64,000 nucleotides of DNA from Antedon mediterranea. Its lineage: Eukaryota > Animalia > Echinodermata. A model generated the notes under the pieces. That model was given only the letters and a program-made list of their open reading frames with translations, had not been told where the DNA came from and ran no database searches. Below, piece by piece: positions 23,585 through 36,248 of the stretch; the stretch's first letter is position 1, and each line of letters begins with the position of its first letter. Where the stretch lies: assembly GCF_964355755.1 (NCBI RefSeq), contig NC_092671.1, positions 1,488,001 through 1,552,000 on the forward strand. The letters run 5' to 3'. The translations under genes were made by a program, and so were the position numbers.

Positions 23585-25824
23585 CTAGTAGGTCATAATT
23601 TCATTTTACCTATTCCAGGGGGAGGGGTGCCCCTAGTGTTACTCGCTTTATCGTCCCATGCTCTCCATTCTGAAGTTTGCTATTTTAATACTCAGATTCA
23701 AATTGAATAGAAATCTGCATTTCAACAACACTAGGGTATAATAGTTAAGTTGAGAATGCTTTTGTGACACCCACAACAAAATGTTTCATTCTTGTAGGCT
23801 ACTTAAAAGTGAAAGAAAACTTTCTAGAAATGTTTGTAAATGAAAGAAATAATGGCTTGTCAATTAGGGTATGTATTTCCTATATTGTCCTGTTTATGGT
23901 GACAAACCAGTCATAATATACAATATCAAATGCCCAAATATGGTATCACACTGACAAAAAAGAAAGATAATGTCATTATTATCACAATGTTGTGGTTAGA
24001 TGTGGGTTTGATATTTTATCCAGGACCTTGGCATAAATAAATACTTTTATTTTGAAGTTGTGTGGGTTTTGTGTGCAGACCTTTTCTACCAAAGTACTTT
24101 ACCATATTTCTGTGGGTTTTTAGGATAAAATAGATATTATACTTTGGGTTACAGGACCTGTTTGAGCAAATAATCAATGTTGAAAAGAAAGTATAGTAGT
24201 GGAAGGATTTAGCAAAATCAGCACTGTGGTCATGTTACAGAGTTGTCAAAACTTAACCACATAAAACTCCTACAAAGTAGGAAGCCTTTTGCCATTTTTC
24301 CCTGACTGGATTAGGGAAGCCATGTAATGTACTTTGCCTGGATGTTCAGGTTTACTAGGGCATCATTTTCCCAAAGGAAACACAAATAGTGTCGGTAATA
24401 AGCTCACCACATGTGGTGCTGTCTGCTACCACCGGAAGGAAGCCAATGTTGGTTTAAGCCCCTTCCTGCTAATGCTTCTAAAAACTGTTACAAGGTGATT
24501 ACGTTGCTTCAATGTATGTCAGCACATGGCTTGTTACTTCATCTTCTTACATCAAATAATGAAGCAAAATGTTGATAATCAATTCTGGAAAATTACGCAA
24601 ACACATCCCAAAACTAATAGGTGGCGACTAATCAATGGATTTGTTATAACATGTTTGCACGGTCTGTGATATACCATGTTATTCATTATTAAAGTAAACT
24701 TGGTCTTCCAATCAATTTATGTAAATTAAAAAAATGTCTTTAAAAAATCACTAAAAACTAGTATCTTTATGGAAATTAATAATACAATACAATACAAAGA
24801 TATATTGTTCTGAAAAATGTTTTAAATTTTTTTGTTGAATATGCCATTTTATATCACATAATAGTTTCACTTTTGACCAAAGATTGAATTGGCAACTATT
24901 TGCAACTTAAATCCATTCATAGATCTTCCCACAAGTTCAGAAATTCTAAGAATTAAACTTGAGGCACTTCATGTGAAGTGAGAGCCTGTTTTTTTTGCCA
25001 AGAAATTTAAAAAAAAGTGTCTGAATGTAGATTTTTATCTATTGTTGGAACATCATTTACCTGGTCTTATTGCTGTACAAAGATAGATAGATAAAAAAGC
25101 AGTTATTTTATTGTAATGTATCGTAATTCAATATATTATATTATATTATTCTATATTCAATAACCCACCCACTGATATAAATCCTAGCTTTAAATAAAAG
25201 CAACTTCAACGATTTATTTGAATTACACCTGGAAATTATTCAAATTTAGCCTAGCATTTTAGCCTAAAAAAAGACTTTTACTTCCTTGCATCATTTATTT
25301 AAATACATTTCTGATCAAATTCTTTTATCTTGTCTCGTTAAATCGTTGATAGTATTCAATATCTGGTGCTCAACCAACGTCTAAAGTAATTACTTATTTT
25401 GTGTTTTTGTAAATTAGAGTAAGCAGTATCTGATGATGCTTATTGATTTCAGGATGTGCAACTAGATTCTGCGATAATTAAGAATAATCTGCGTGAATAG
25501 TGTGATGGTACAAATTATTATTTTGTTTGCAAACAGTCTCCTTTTAATATACATTGTTCTAATTGCAAGTATACTATAAATAGGAATAATTTCTCTTTAA
25601 TTTGACTATTCATCAGCTGTGTCATTTGGTTTAACAGTAATTAAATTGCAATTTGTAAATTTTATGATATATAAAGGTGCAGAGAAAAAAGAAATATGCT
25701 AAAATACCGTTCATCGCCATCATATAATATAGGGTAATAACGTATTGTAATATAGGAGGCTTAAGAATGAACTAGAATTCCAGGAAAATACCCAGCCTAT
25801 ATTGTTTCTCACTGAATTGTGTAC

Positions 25825-26207
25825 TATAAAGTATCACGGTGCTGACGTCACGACGGTAGGTGGCGCTGCGTGGTTGCTAGCGCAACCAAAAATGCGTTCA
25901 GCCTGCCTGAGTGACTCCAAGATCACCAATGGTTTGGAATAGGCTTATTGAAGTAGTCATTTTAAAACTTAATAATTTTCAATAAAAACAAACTAAAATT
26001 TTAAAAGATCACTAAATATTGTTTTTAATAATCTATTTATTCTTCAACTACAGTTTAAGTTAAAAAAAATCAAGCTAAGATACATAATTTGATAGAAATA
26101 CAGATCTTTACTGTTTATCAACATAGTAGCGCTGAACGCATTTTTTAGTTGTCTAGCAATCATGCAGCGCCCTCTATCGTTGTGATGTCACACCGTGATA
26201 CTCTATA
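25825..26207. mobile_element. MITE with ~80-bp imperfect TIRs
   Basis: TATAAAGTATCACGGTGCTGACGTCACGACGGTAGGTGGCGCTGC...AATGCGTTCAGC matches the reverse complement of 26130-26207, TATAGAGTATCACGGTG-TGACATCACAACGATAGAGGGCGCTGC...AATGCGTTCAGC. Confidence 0.8.
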
Positions 26208-27746
26208 TTGTAGATGAATGAGTTTAATTTTAGGTTGGTCCTCATTTTATGCTTTGTATTATCTGTATAGCATTTGATGAAATATAATGTTTTTTGAATT
26301 AAATTAACTGTCTTTAATCAACTTTTGAGTTAAATGCTCTGAATTGATGAGGCTAACTTTTCTGGGGTTGAGTTAAAACCCCCTGCTTTTTCTAACTTAT
26401 TAGTTGAGATATAAATTTACTTAAACTTTTCTTAGATTTTTATGATCTTATATATAACAAATCATATTTTGAATGGAACATTTTTACATAAATTATTACA
26501 ATATTACATCACATTGAACACCACCCTGAACAATACTATTATTTTTCATTGACTTTATGATCCCTTTTTTGTATGTATTTTTTGTACTATTTAAATCATT
26601 TGTATTATTTAAAGTATAAGTTACTTGGTTACTTCCTCTGTGTAAATATTTCAAGGTTAGCCCTCCCACACACATCCCCTACTTTCCTACATAACAGACC
26701 ATGATGCACTGACGAACTAAATTTAATTTACATTTTGACCATTTTGATGCAACAAGAAAATAAGCAATAACACAAATATTTATTTTATTATTTGTGTTTT
26801 GTAGCTGTGAACGTTTCGGCATGTATTCTCATTTCTGATAATATATTTGAACTTAGATATATAGCTTTAAAGCATGTTCCAATTTATCTGAAAATGTACA
26901 TATATCTTATGTGACTTAACTTTTTGTTTATATAAGCCTACCAATAATAAATTAAGTTGAACTTAAAATGTATATCAATAAAAAAAGTTAAATAAAATTG
27001 GGACTGACCACAGGTGGGCATGGACAAGCTTTTTTAGGAATTCTTTCCTTTTATTTAAACAAATTATTGTACTGTATTACCTAAAAAACCTTTGAGTTTG
27101 GCTTTTGCTTCACGCTCAACCGACCAATGAATGTCTTCCATTTAATTGTTTACATTTCATTCATACATGACAGTTTCCAATTGGTACGCACAAAACTAAG
27201 TGACTAGACACATAGTTGTGAAGTACTTGTACCCTGTTTAATTATAATATCCAATTGAATAACGTAGAAATGGATGTTTTCTATTACGATCCTTAATACT
27301 TGCTCGATCAGCCAGAACTTTTCAATATTACGACTCTAAATTCTTATTTCCATGCATCACCAGTCACCAGTAATTGTTATCGTGAAATTAATTGCTTCCA
27401 AACAAAATTATATATGACACGACTAGCATATTTATCGTCGTCGTATGGTACTGTAGTACACCACTAATATATTTTTTTCTCATAAAAAAACAAGCATCAA
27501 TATGAAAAAAGTAGTTTTATTACATTTACTCGGTAGAAAATGTAATCATAAAAAATAATAATCTTAGCTGTAACATGATGCCGCTCACGTATATATTTAT
27601 GAATACAATATTTGGTACACAGAATCCATACAATAAATTTCATAACATTTTTTATTCATCTAAAAATTAAAAGAATAAACAACAATTCAGCAAAAATTAA
27701 ACAAATGTTCACAAAGTTCACAAAATTGCTTTTGTGGTCGCATAAC

Positions 27747-28016
27747 CTTTTTGACCTGGCAACTTTCTTTGCTAGAACTCACCTTACTGGTTACAGTTTC
27801 CTTTTTGACCCGGCAACTTTCTTTGCTAGAAATCACCTTACTGGTTACAGTTTCCTTTTTGACCCGGCAACTTTCTTTGCTAGAACTCACCTTACTGGTT
27901 ACAGTTTCCTTTTTGACCCGGCAACTTTCTTTGCTAGAACTCACCTTACTGGTTACAGTTTCCTTTTTGACCCGGCAACTTTCTTTGCTAGAAATCACCT
28001 TACTGGTTACAGTTTC
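27747..28016. repeat. 54-bp tandem repeat x5
   Basis: ctttttgacccggcaactttctttgctagaa(c/a)tcaccttactggttacagtttc starting at 27747, 27801, 27855, 27909 and 27963. Confidence 0.95.
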
Positions 28017-29539
28017 ATCGCCGTCCTTTACTTTGACTGTTTTTGTAAAACAGTCAAATTCCGTAATTTAATGAGTACATATACAGAGCTGAATTTCTTT
28101 ATTTCGCTTTCCCACTGTCTTGTTTTATACTATTTATTGTTTTGTTAATTAACAGTGACACTGTTTATCACTTATTAAAGAAAGAACATCCCCAAGTACT
28201 TGAAATACACAATTAACTAATGAAACAACTCTGTGAACTAAAAGCTTTTTGATTGGATGAATAGAAATTGGATCAGATGAAGTAAACATGTCAATATAAA
28301 TTAAAACAGCACAGATATAGATTAAAGATTTATGTTAAATATATTGGTTGAAGAATCAGAAATACGAAAATGTTAGTGTAACAAGTTTCCGCAGGCAGAT
28401 TAAGCCTACAGTACTTGTGTAGTGGTGGAAGGAGTTGAGGGTAACCATGTTCCAAGTCTAAATTGCCTTTTCAGCCAGTCTTTTCATCTAGCACAACCTA
28501 GCACCATAACAATCTTCCGACCCCTTCTCTGTTTTGTTGGCAAAGTTAGTAATAATAACTATTCCTATAAAAAGCACATTAAATTTTACTTATTATATAT
28601 ATTTATTGAAGAAAATATGTGGTGTATTGCAGAAAAATGATTACCATTTTAATTTGTAATTTTTATATTGATTTTAGTGTTAAACGTGACAAACATGTTG
28701 CTTTTTGTGTATATAGGTTTAATTAGTTTGATCATAAAAAATTAATGGTTTCATAATCAATCAATTTAATTTGTGTCATACTTACATAATGTTATAGGGA
28801 AGAAAATACTCCAAATACAAATGAAATGTAGATCTCCCGATATAATAAATTATTTTTTGATTCATTCATTTGTATTGAAAGATGCTCATGTAAAATAAAT
28901 TTTATCTTCTGGACAGAGTGATATGTAATTTGCAATGTGATTAATATTGGATTTATCACTTTAGTTGTATTGGGAATTTAGGTATAAAGTACTCATTATT
29001 CCATTTTAAAATTCAATTTTAAATGAACTTTTAAAAAAAGAATTTAATTTAAAGACAATGTTTCCTTTTATTTTATAACAAGTTTAAATTTTGTATTGGC
29101 CTTGATGTTGGAATTCCTATATGTATGTGTGAGTGGGGTCAGTGTAGCCTACTCTCCCACATACTAACTTTGAGATGCTTAATCCAAATATTACATTTTG
29201 CCTGAAAACCATACTATCGTGACCCCTGGATTAAATTAAGCAATCTCCTTCAGTGCGATCCTAGTCAAGCTAAGAAGCTAACCCAGTCAAGGAAGTCCTT
29301 CAATAGTCGGCATATATGTGGATGCTAGAGAAGACTGCCTCTTGGATGCGACTGGCATCAGTTGAAGGAATGAAACTGTACTGTACTGTTCTATAACCAA
29401 TGCACATAAATATTGTTAGCCACCAAATGGTGTTAAAAGTAGCGTAGCTAAACTGTGTCTTGTTTAATAACAGTGTTTTTTTAATACGCAATTGAATTTC
29501 ACATGCGTAGTTAGTATGTCTGCATTGATATTATTGTAA

Positions 29540-29686
29540 CTTTGTGATGTAACATCGTGGTGTCACTTTGTGATGTCACTTTGTGATGTCACATCGTCAT
29601 GTCATCGCTTTGTGATGTCACATCGTCGTGTCACTTTGTGATGTCACATCGTCGTGTCACTTTGTGATGTCACATCGTCGTGTCAC
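29540..29686. repeat. ~26-bp tandem repeat (tttgtgatgtcacatcgtcgtgtcac), ~5 units
   Basis: Direct reading. Confidence 0.9.
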
Positions 29687-30701
29687 AGTAAAATTAAACC
29701 TGCCATTCTAATTAGAGATCATACCGCAAACACTAAAACCTGATCGTGAATGTGCTATTATACTTTTATATACTATTATAATATTTATTAAAAGTAGGTC
29801 TCTATGACATAAAGCTAAGTGGCTTGGCATTTTTCTATTACTGCCTTTGGGCTAGAGACGTTCTAACTCACTACACCTTTTAATAGGTATTGTATTAGAA
29901 CGTGTTGTTGAATGCATTATAAACCACAACATGAATAAACTTGTATTATTTAGATTGCACATGTGCACCAGTTAAAACTGTAACCAAACAATACTGTATA
30001 GGGAGTGGAAAAAAGGGTGTCGAGGCAGTGGCGTAACAGCTATATGAGCGTTCACTGGCTAAACCCTGGGGCTTCAGAGCCGAATGGGCCCTAGAGCATA
30101 AGCTTTCCATTCAACTACCCAGCATACCGTAGGAGGGCTCCTTAGGAGTGCTAAACCAATGGTCTCTGCCCCTGTGGTACTGTATGCCATTATGTAGAGG
30201 AGAGGAATTCAGAAAGACAAAGCAACATATATTATCATGTAAAACAGATTAATTTAGGTAAACATTTGTTCATACCCTATATGTGATTGCTTCAGGAATT
30301 CTCAACAAATACGCTTTTTTTCCATTTTTTATACAATAAATATGAATCATAATGAACCACCTGTACTATATTTTATGTGTGACATTGAAGGTCTACAGAA
30401 ATTGATTCATCATAAATAACAAAATACAAATTGTAACAGAAATATAAAATAAATTATATGTTTGGGTTTATTGGAATGTGAATTATTTTTATAATTTATG
30501 GTAATTTTCTCCAGAGATTTGAGTAAAAATGTTGGCCAATATATCCAGAAAAAAATTGAAATGAAAGAAGGAAGTAATGTTATAGAGTACTAAAGTGACA
30601 GTTTAAAACAGCAGAGAATAAAACAGCTAAACTTTGATCATTTTGTACATTAATTATTGTTGATATCATTTGACATTATGTAAGAGTAGACATCATGCAC
30701 G

Positions 30702-30860
30702 TAGTAGTCCTATGTAAGACATTATAGTAGGCCTATGTAAGACATTATAGTAGGCCTATGTAAGACATTATAGTAGGCCTATGTAAGACATTATAGTAGG
30801 CCTATGTAAGACATTATAGTAGGCCTATGTAAGACATTATAGTAGGCCTATGTAAGACAT
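30702..30860. repeat. 23-bp tandem repeat TAGTAGGCCTATGTAAGACATTA, ~7 units
   Basis: Direct reading. Confidence 0.95.
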
Positions 30861-33581
30861 AGCTTGCAAGTGGTAGCTTGGTGATTAACTTGTTTTATTC
30901 CAGGGTATTGATCAGAGATATGACTCAATATTAGGATTTACATACAGTAATCTCAAGTTGTGACTTTAAAAATAAGACATATTGATCTTGCATAGACATT
31001 AGTAAGTTCAATTGTTGTGTTGTAACCTTGGTAACCTAATCTGGGCTCTGATTGGTTAAAAGTTACAATTAGTAATCCTTAAAGTTAACTGCAGTATCTT
31101 GGTTCAAATAATCAATTAAAATAATAAATAATTTACTTCATTGCTTTAAATGTCAATTCAACAACAATACATTGTCACTTGCTATCCTAGTTTTAACAGG
31201 GAAATTTGTCTTCACATTACATCATGAAATGATATATTTATTTAAAAAACCTTTCATTTCCTTCTTTATGGAAATGTTTTATTTATGTATCAGGTGTCCA
31301 GTTCATCAGGGATTATGTTCATATTCAGCATCCTCACAAACAGAAATGAAAATATATTTAAGCTACTTTTAGATAAGGAAGTTTGTAATGGCCTCTCAAG
31401 GCAAAATCAATCCACACCAGAGGAAGTATTTTGAAAAACTCAAGTATCAATTGCTATAATATTCAGCATTTGGTATTGATTCATTGTAATTGGTGTAACA
31501 TTCAGTGTACCTGGATCTGCTTGTACCAAGTACTACTATTCATTCTTCCTACCAAATAATTACATCCTGCTGTTCCTATACATTTGAGTTCTACTGTAGC
31601 TAGTCAGGACATTACACAATATAAATTGAATGTTGAAGAATATCACTTTCAAATGCAAAGCCTAGAAAGCATTTTCATACCATTTCATTTATTTGTCTCA
31701 AGGTACAAAACAATAAAATTTACAGGCATCAAAACGAAAGGAACATGAGACAGGGAACCCGAAAAGTAAACAAAACCATAATAATTATTACATAATCGAT
31801 AAGTAGAGGTAGGGAATAATGAATGACCCACAATGCTTAGTGTGTAATTGTAAGTCATTTTAATTAGTGTTTGATAGTTTGTATTTATTTGAACTGTACC
31901 TAACCTACCTTTATACCAAACAGCATATTTTCCTTTTCACAATTTAATCACTGATTTTCAACCTAATCTTAATTGTCGTTTATCAGAATGAGAAGTAATT
32001 TGTCGTAAAATGAACACTTGAAATAATCCTACCCCATTAGGTGTTTAAAATCGACCTAAACAAAATCATATCTCCTTCCAATATTCGTTTAATTTACTCT
32101 CTTGATAATCTATCATCTGTAGATGATGCTTCTTCTTATCTTGCTATACTCATTAGCAAATTGCTTTAATTAAACATGCTCACTTCTAAGTGGAGCATGT
32201 CGAATGACAGCAATCAACTTGAGTACAACATTCCAAATTTTAATTACTTATAATCACTTTTGACACTAACTATTAATAATGAAAGGCTGCCCATCAAGTA
32301 ATTACTTTACTAGGCTCAGAGTATCTGACAAAAAAGTAGCTTAGCTAAGTAATAAAGTATGTACCTTTAGTGGGTCATGGGGAGATTCCTGTACCCAATG
32401 ATAATTACCTTACTAGACTAGTATCTGACAAAATAGCAGCTTAACTCAACATCTTAAAAGTCGTGGTAAGTCATGTCTCGGGTCCATTCTATAGTCGCCG
32501 TACAGATAGGCTGCCACAACAGTACTTCTATGAATGGATGGCTAGTTGGTGACAAGAACGCTAGTTGATCATACCCAGTGCTAGTACCGTTTTGATTTTA
32601 CGATCATTCGAGAAACCACCTCACAACATTTAGGAAATTTGTTCTTAACATTTTTGCAAATGCTTATATTTCTGAATTTAATGATGCCTCTATCCTAAAC
32701 CACTATGCTTGCTGTATGTACCTCACAAGTAAACAAAATGCCCAAACATACAAGTCAGAATTGGAACAGTGTGCAAGTGCTACAAGTTTCAATTTTTAAT
32801 TGGAACACTGCTCCAAAAAGAAAACGATTTATGTAATATTCCATAATGGATGCATTTATTAGTAGTTATTGTTAAATACAGCTATTCTAATTTCTTCTTG
32901 TCTAATAATTAATCAAAAGAAGAATAATTCTGCTGAACGGAAATTACTCATTTGCATGCAGTTTTATTAGAAAGCTGTGGATAACAACTCATACATTATT
33001 TATGATATTAATACCTTTATTATTCTATCGACGTTGTCATATTCTTTCTTTTCTCTTCTTATTTTCATTATAAAATGTCTCAATGTTTTATTCATCATTT
33101 CATAATCTTTATTTTATTATAATTCCTCTCTATATTTTTTCAATATTTTTTTTCCTTGTGAAATATTTTTATTTTTTCTCAATTCTCATTACTTTGTAAT
33201 TGTGTTACCATAGTAAATAAGAGACTATTGTGAACCCTTTATGTTGTTGCAGCCATTTAGTTGTTATATTACAATATATTATATAAACACAGTGCAAACT
33301 TACATGCATTCAAATAATGCCTGAAATTTAATAGTTAATTGTTGTACTGTCAATTCACCTGAACACTCTAACTTCCCTAAAATAGGGAGCTGCGGAATTG
33401 TGACAATACTTGGAGCCTACACATTGTTATGTTGTTGGTTGTCATCTGGACTTAGAAACAACTAAGACTGTGTTTAAGAATACAGTGAGGAAGCACTGCG
33501 ACTGCGATCGAAAAAATTAATTTACATGACGTAACTTGTTCCTAGGTCTTTGGTCGTAGCCAATCAAAAGAGGGCTGCAAA

Positions 33582-33838
33582 GTGTGTGTGAGCCAATGGC
33601 ACTACCTTACTATCCTGGAAACATCAAAGGAGGGGTGGGAAGTGCGTGTGAGCCAATGGCACTACCTTCTTACTATCCTGGAAACATCAAAGGAGAGGTG
33701 GGAAGTGCGTGTGAGCCAATTGCACTACCATCTTACTATCCTGGAAACATCAAAGGAGGGGTGGGAAGTGTGTGTGAGCCAATGGCACTACCATCTTACT
33801 ATCCTGGAAACATCAAAGGAGGGGTGGGAAGTGCGTGC
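33582..33838. repeat. 60/63-bp tandem repeat x4
   Basis: gtgtgagccaatggcactacc(a/t)tcttactatcctggaaacatcaaaggaggggtgggaagtgc. Confidence 0.95.
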
Positions 33839-35396
33839 GAGACCCAATAACGCCACCTTTGCAATATCCTTGGGACACACCCAGCATATAATACATTATT
33901 AAATTTTTTATTTGGTTCGCTTTTTATCAATACGATGACAGCGTTTATCATGACAAAAAGTAAAAATGATTGAACGCGTTGAATGTAGGTTAGAAACATC
34001 ACGCCACACATTCTATGATTGGGTTCAAGATACCTTATTACACTCCTATATTAATAATTCATCTCTTCTCTTTTTATGCTTACCATTTCATTGAATGCAC
34101 GTTTCGCATGCTGTCTATCTATTTACCAACCAGAGATTTATTTATTTATTTCAACAATATTTTACAAGGGTGGTCCATCCAGCCGAAGCTGGTCATTAGG
34201 GACCCTAAAAAAATACATCATGACGAGACATAAACATGAAACAATAACAATTAAATTTAAATAAGCGAACCACTGTATTACCTTTGTTTAAATATACTTT
34301 ATGAGAACAAAGTTACAATATTACAGATCTTCTCAGTCAAAGCCCTATGTAATAAAATAGTCATGGGGAAGATTTTGTGTATTATCTTTGAGATATGAAG
34401 TAAAGAGGGCTTTTTGATGAGGATGACACCTTCTGGCCCTTCCTCTCTCCTTATACAACTATATACAACACCTCCTCTCTGCATGGAGGTTTACCTCCAT
34501 GCTCTCTCCTTATACAACCTATTCTTCTTAATGAGAATGCCTGACACCCTCTGTCCCTCCTCTTTCCATGGAGGTTTACCTCCATGCTCTCTCCTTATAC
34601 AACCTATTTTCCACATTTTCAACATAGGCCTGTTGAATCTGCTCATACTTGAAACAAAATAACAAGAGATAGATAAATTAGTAAAACTACTAAATTACTA
34701 AAACCAAATGGGACTTGACAATGACAGCCATGTAACTAATTTGTGCTTATTTGTCTGTAGTAGTGTAAGTTAGGTTTGATATTTGTGAATTAATTTTCTG
34801 TCATTAAAAACCATCATCGGTAGACCTGTATAATCCTGTCTGGGCGCCTTGTAATACAAATTTTAATATATATTTCTTCTTTTCCTTTTAAGATATGGAA
34901 ATAAAGATGAATAGTCAATGATGTGTGTCAGATTAATTATAAAAGCTAATCCCAAGCTTACTGACCAAACTGCTTCTTCCAGTATTGGTAAGTAAAGTCA
35001 ATGAGCCAAATGTGTATTTTTATTTTTAATTATGAAATTTAGGTGTTTTCCTTTCCTCGTTTTTTTTGTGGTTGATGACTTACATGACACAGATGATCAA
35101 GGGATAGTGTTTTCCAAAAGTTGGCAGTATTATTTCTGGCTGTTTTACTTTATTGTTAATATATTATTTGTGTATCTCCATTGAGATCCAACCCACATCA
35201 TTATCATCACTTTTTCTGTAATTTGCCTTTGGACTTAAGTGGGCTTAAATGACACAGAGTTTGATCTTTTAAATGACACAGAGTTTGATCTTGCCTGTCC
35301 ACACTACCATTTTAGTCATTTTTATTAATTGTATTGATGATGATGATGATAATGATAAAAAATGATTTTCCTTGCACCAACCATGTATACTAAGTA

Positions 35397-36248
35397 CCGT
35401 ATATTTCGGTGTATAAGTCGCACTTTTGACACGCAAATTTGACCTCTAAATTAAGGGTGCGTCTTATACACCGAACATAAATGCCTCACCACACAGATTG
35501 TACATAGGCCTAGGCCTAGTAGGCTATCGTCACCTCGTTTGCTAGGCCTGAGTAGGCTTAGCTACAGTAACTAACTAACGTAACGGCAACCTGCTTCTGC
35601 CTAGTTTTCAAGTCATTTTAGCATGATGTTATACTAAATATGATGAAAAGATTTGTTCATTATGGCGCTTCGATAAAATTTCATTTGTAAACGTTTACGT
35701 AATTGGAATAGTATTTATTTATACAGTAGTTATACGCACGATCGCCGTACCCCAAGCGCAAGCCCTTTTTTTGGTGTGGTGGCCACATGGTGTACGGTAT
35801 TCGACTAGTATATTCTCCAGGTGATTATAGCATGGACCTAGCGTACAAACTTCTCAGATACATAGATACTAATCGAATACGATTTTCCGTGAAAACGTGC
35901 GCCCTCTCGAAATGATCGAGCGAGGCTAGCGCCCACACACGTGCGTGTTTACACACACGGTCATGCACTCGATGTTGCGGCGAAACTCATGAATAACAAG
36001 TTAGAAAGAACTTGTTGAGGCTGGGCGCGGCCGAGCCTAGGTAAGAAAAAACCTAAATAAAGGACGCCGTTGTAGATATTACAAAATATATTATTACAAT
36101 GATATTGATTACAATTTAAAAAAAACATTGTTTTGATGAAATATAGGGTGCGTCTTATACATCGACGATATAAAAAATACCGATATTTTACTCTCAGTTA
36201 GGGGGTGCGTCTTATACACAGGTGCGACGTATACACCGAAATATACGG
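35397..36248. mobile_element. Tc1/mariner superfamily (Tc2/pogo-like) MITE, 852 bp, TA TSD
   Basis: TA|CCGTATATTTCGGTGTATAAGTCGCAC ... GTGCGACGTATACACCGAAATATACGG|TA (27-bp TIR, 1 mismatch). Subterminal GGGTGCGTCTTATACA occurs three times. No transposase ORF. Confidence 0.9.

Noticed and set aside
27612-28148. 178-aa ORF with 18-aa repeats
   Set aside because: A 54-bp tandem repeat open in multiple frames, with low-complexity AT-rich flanks.
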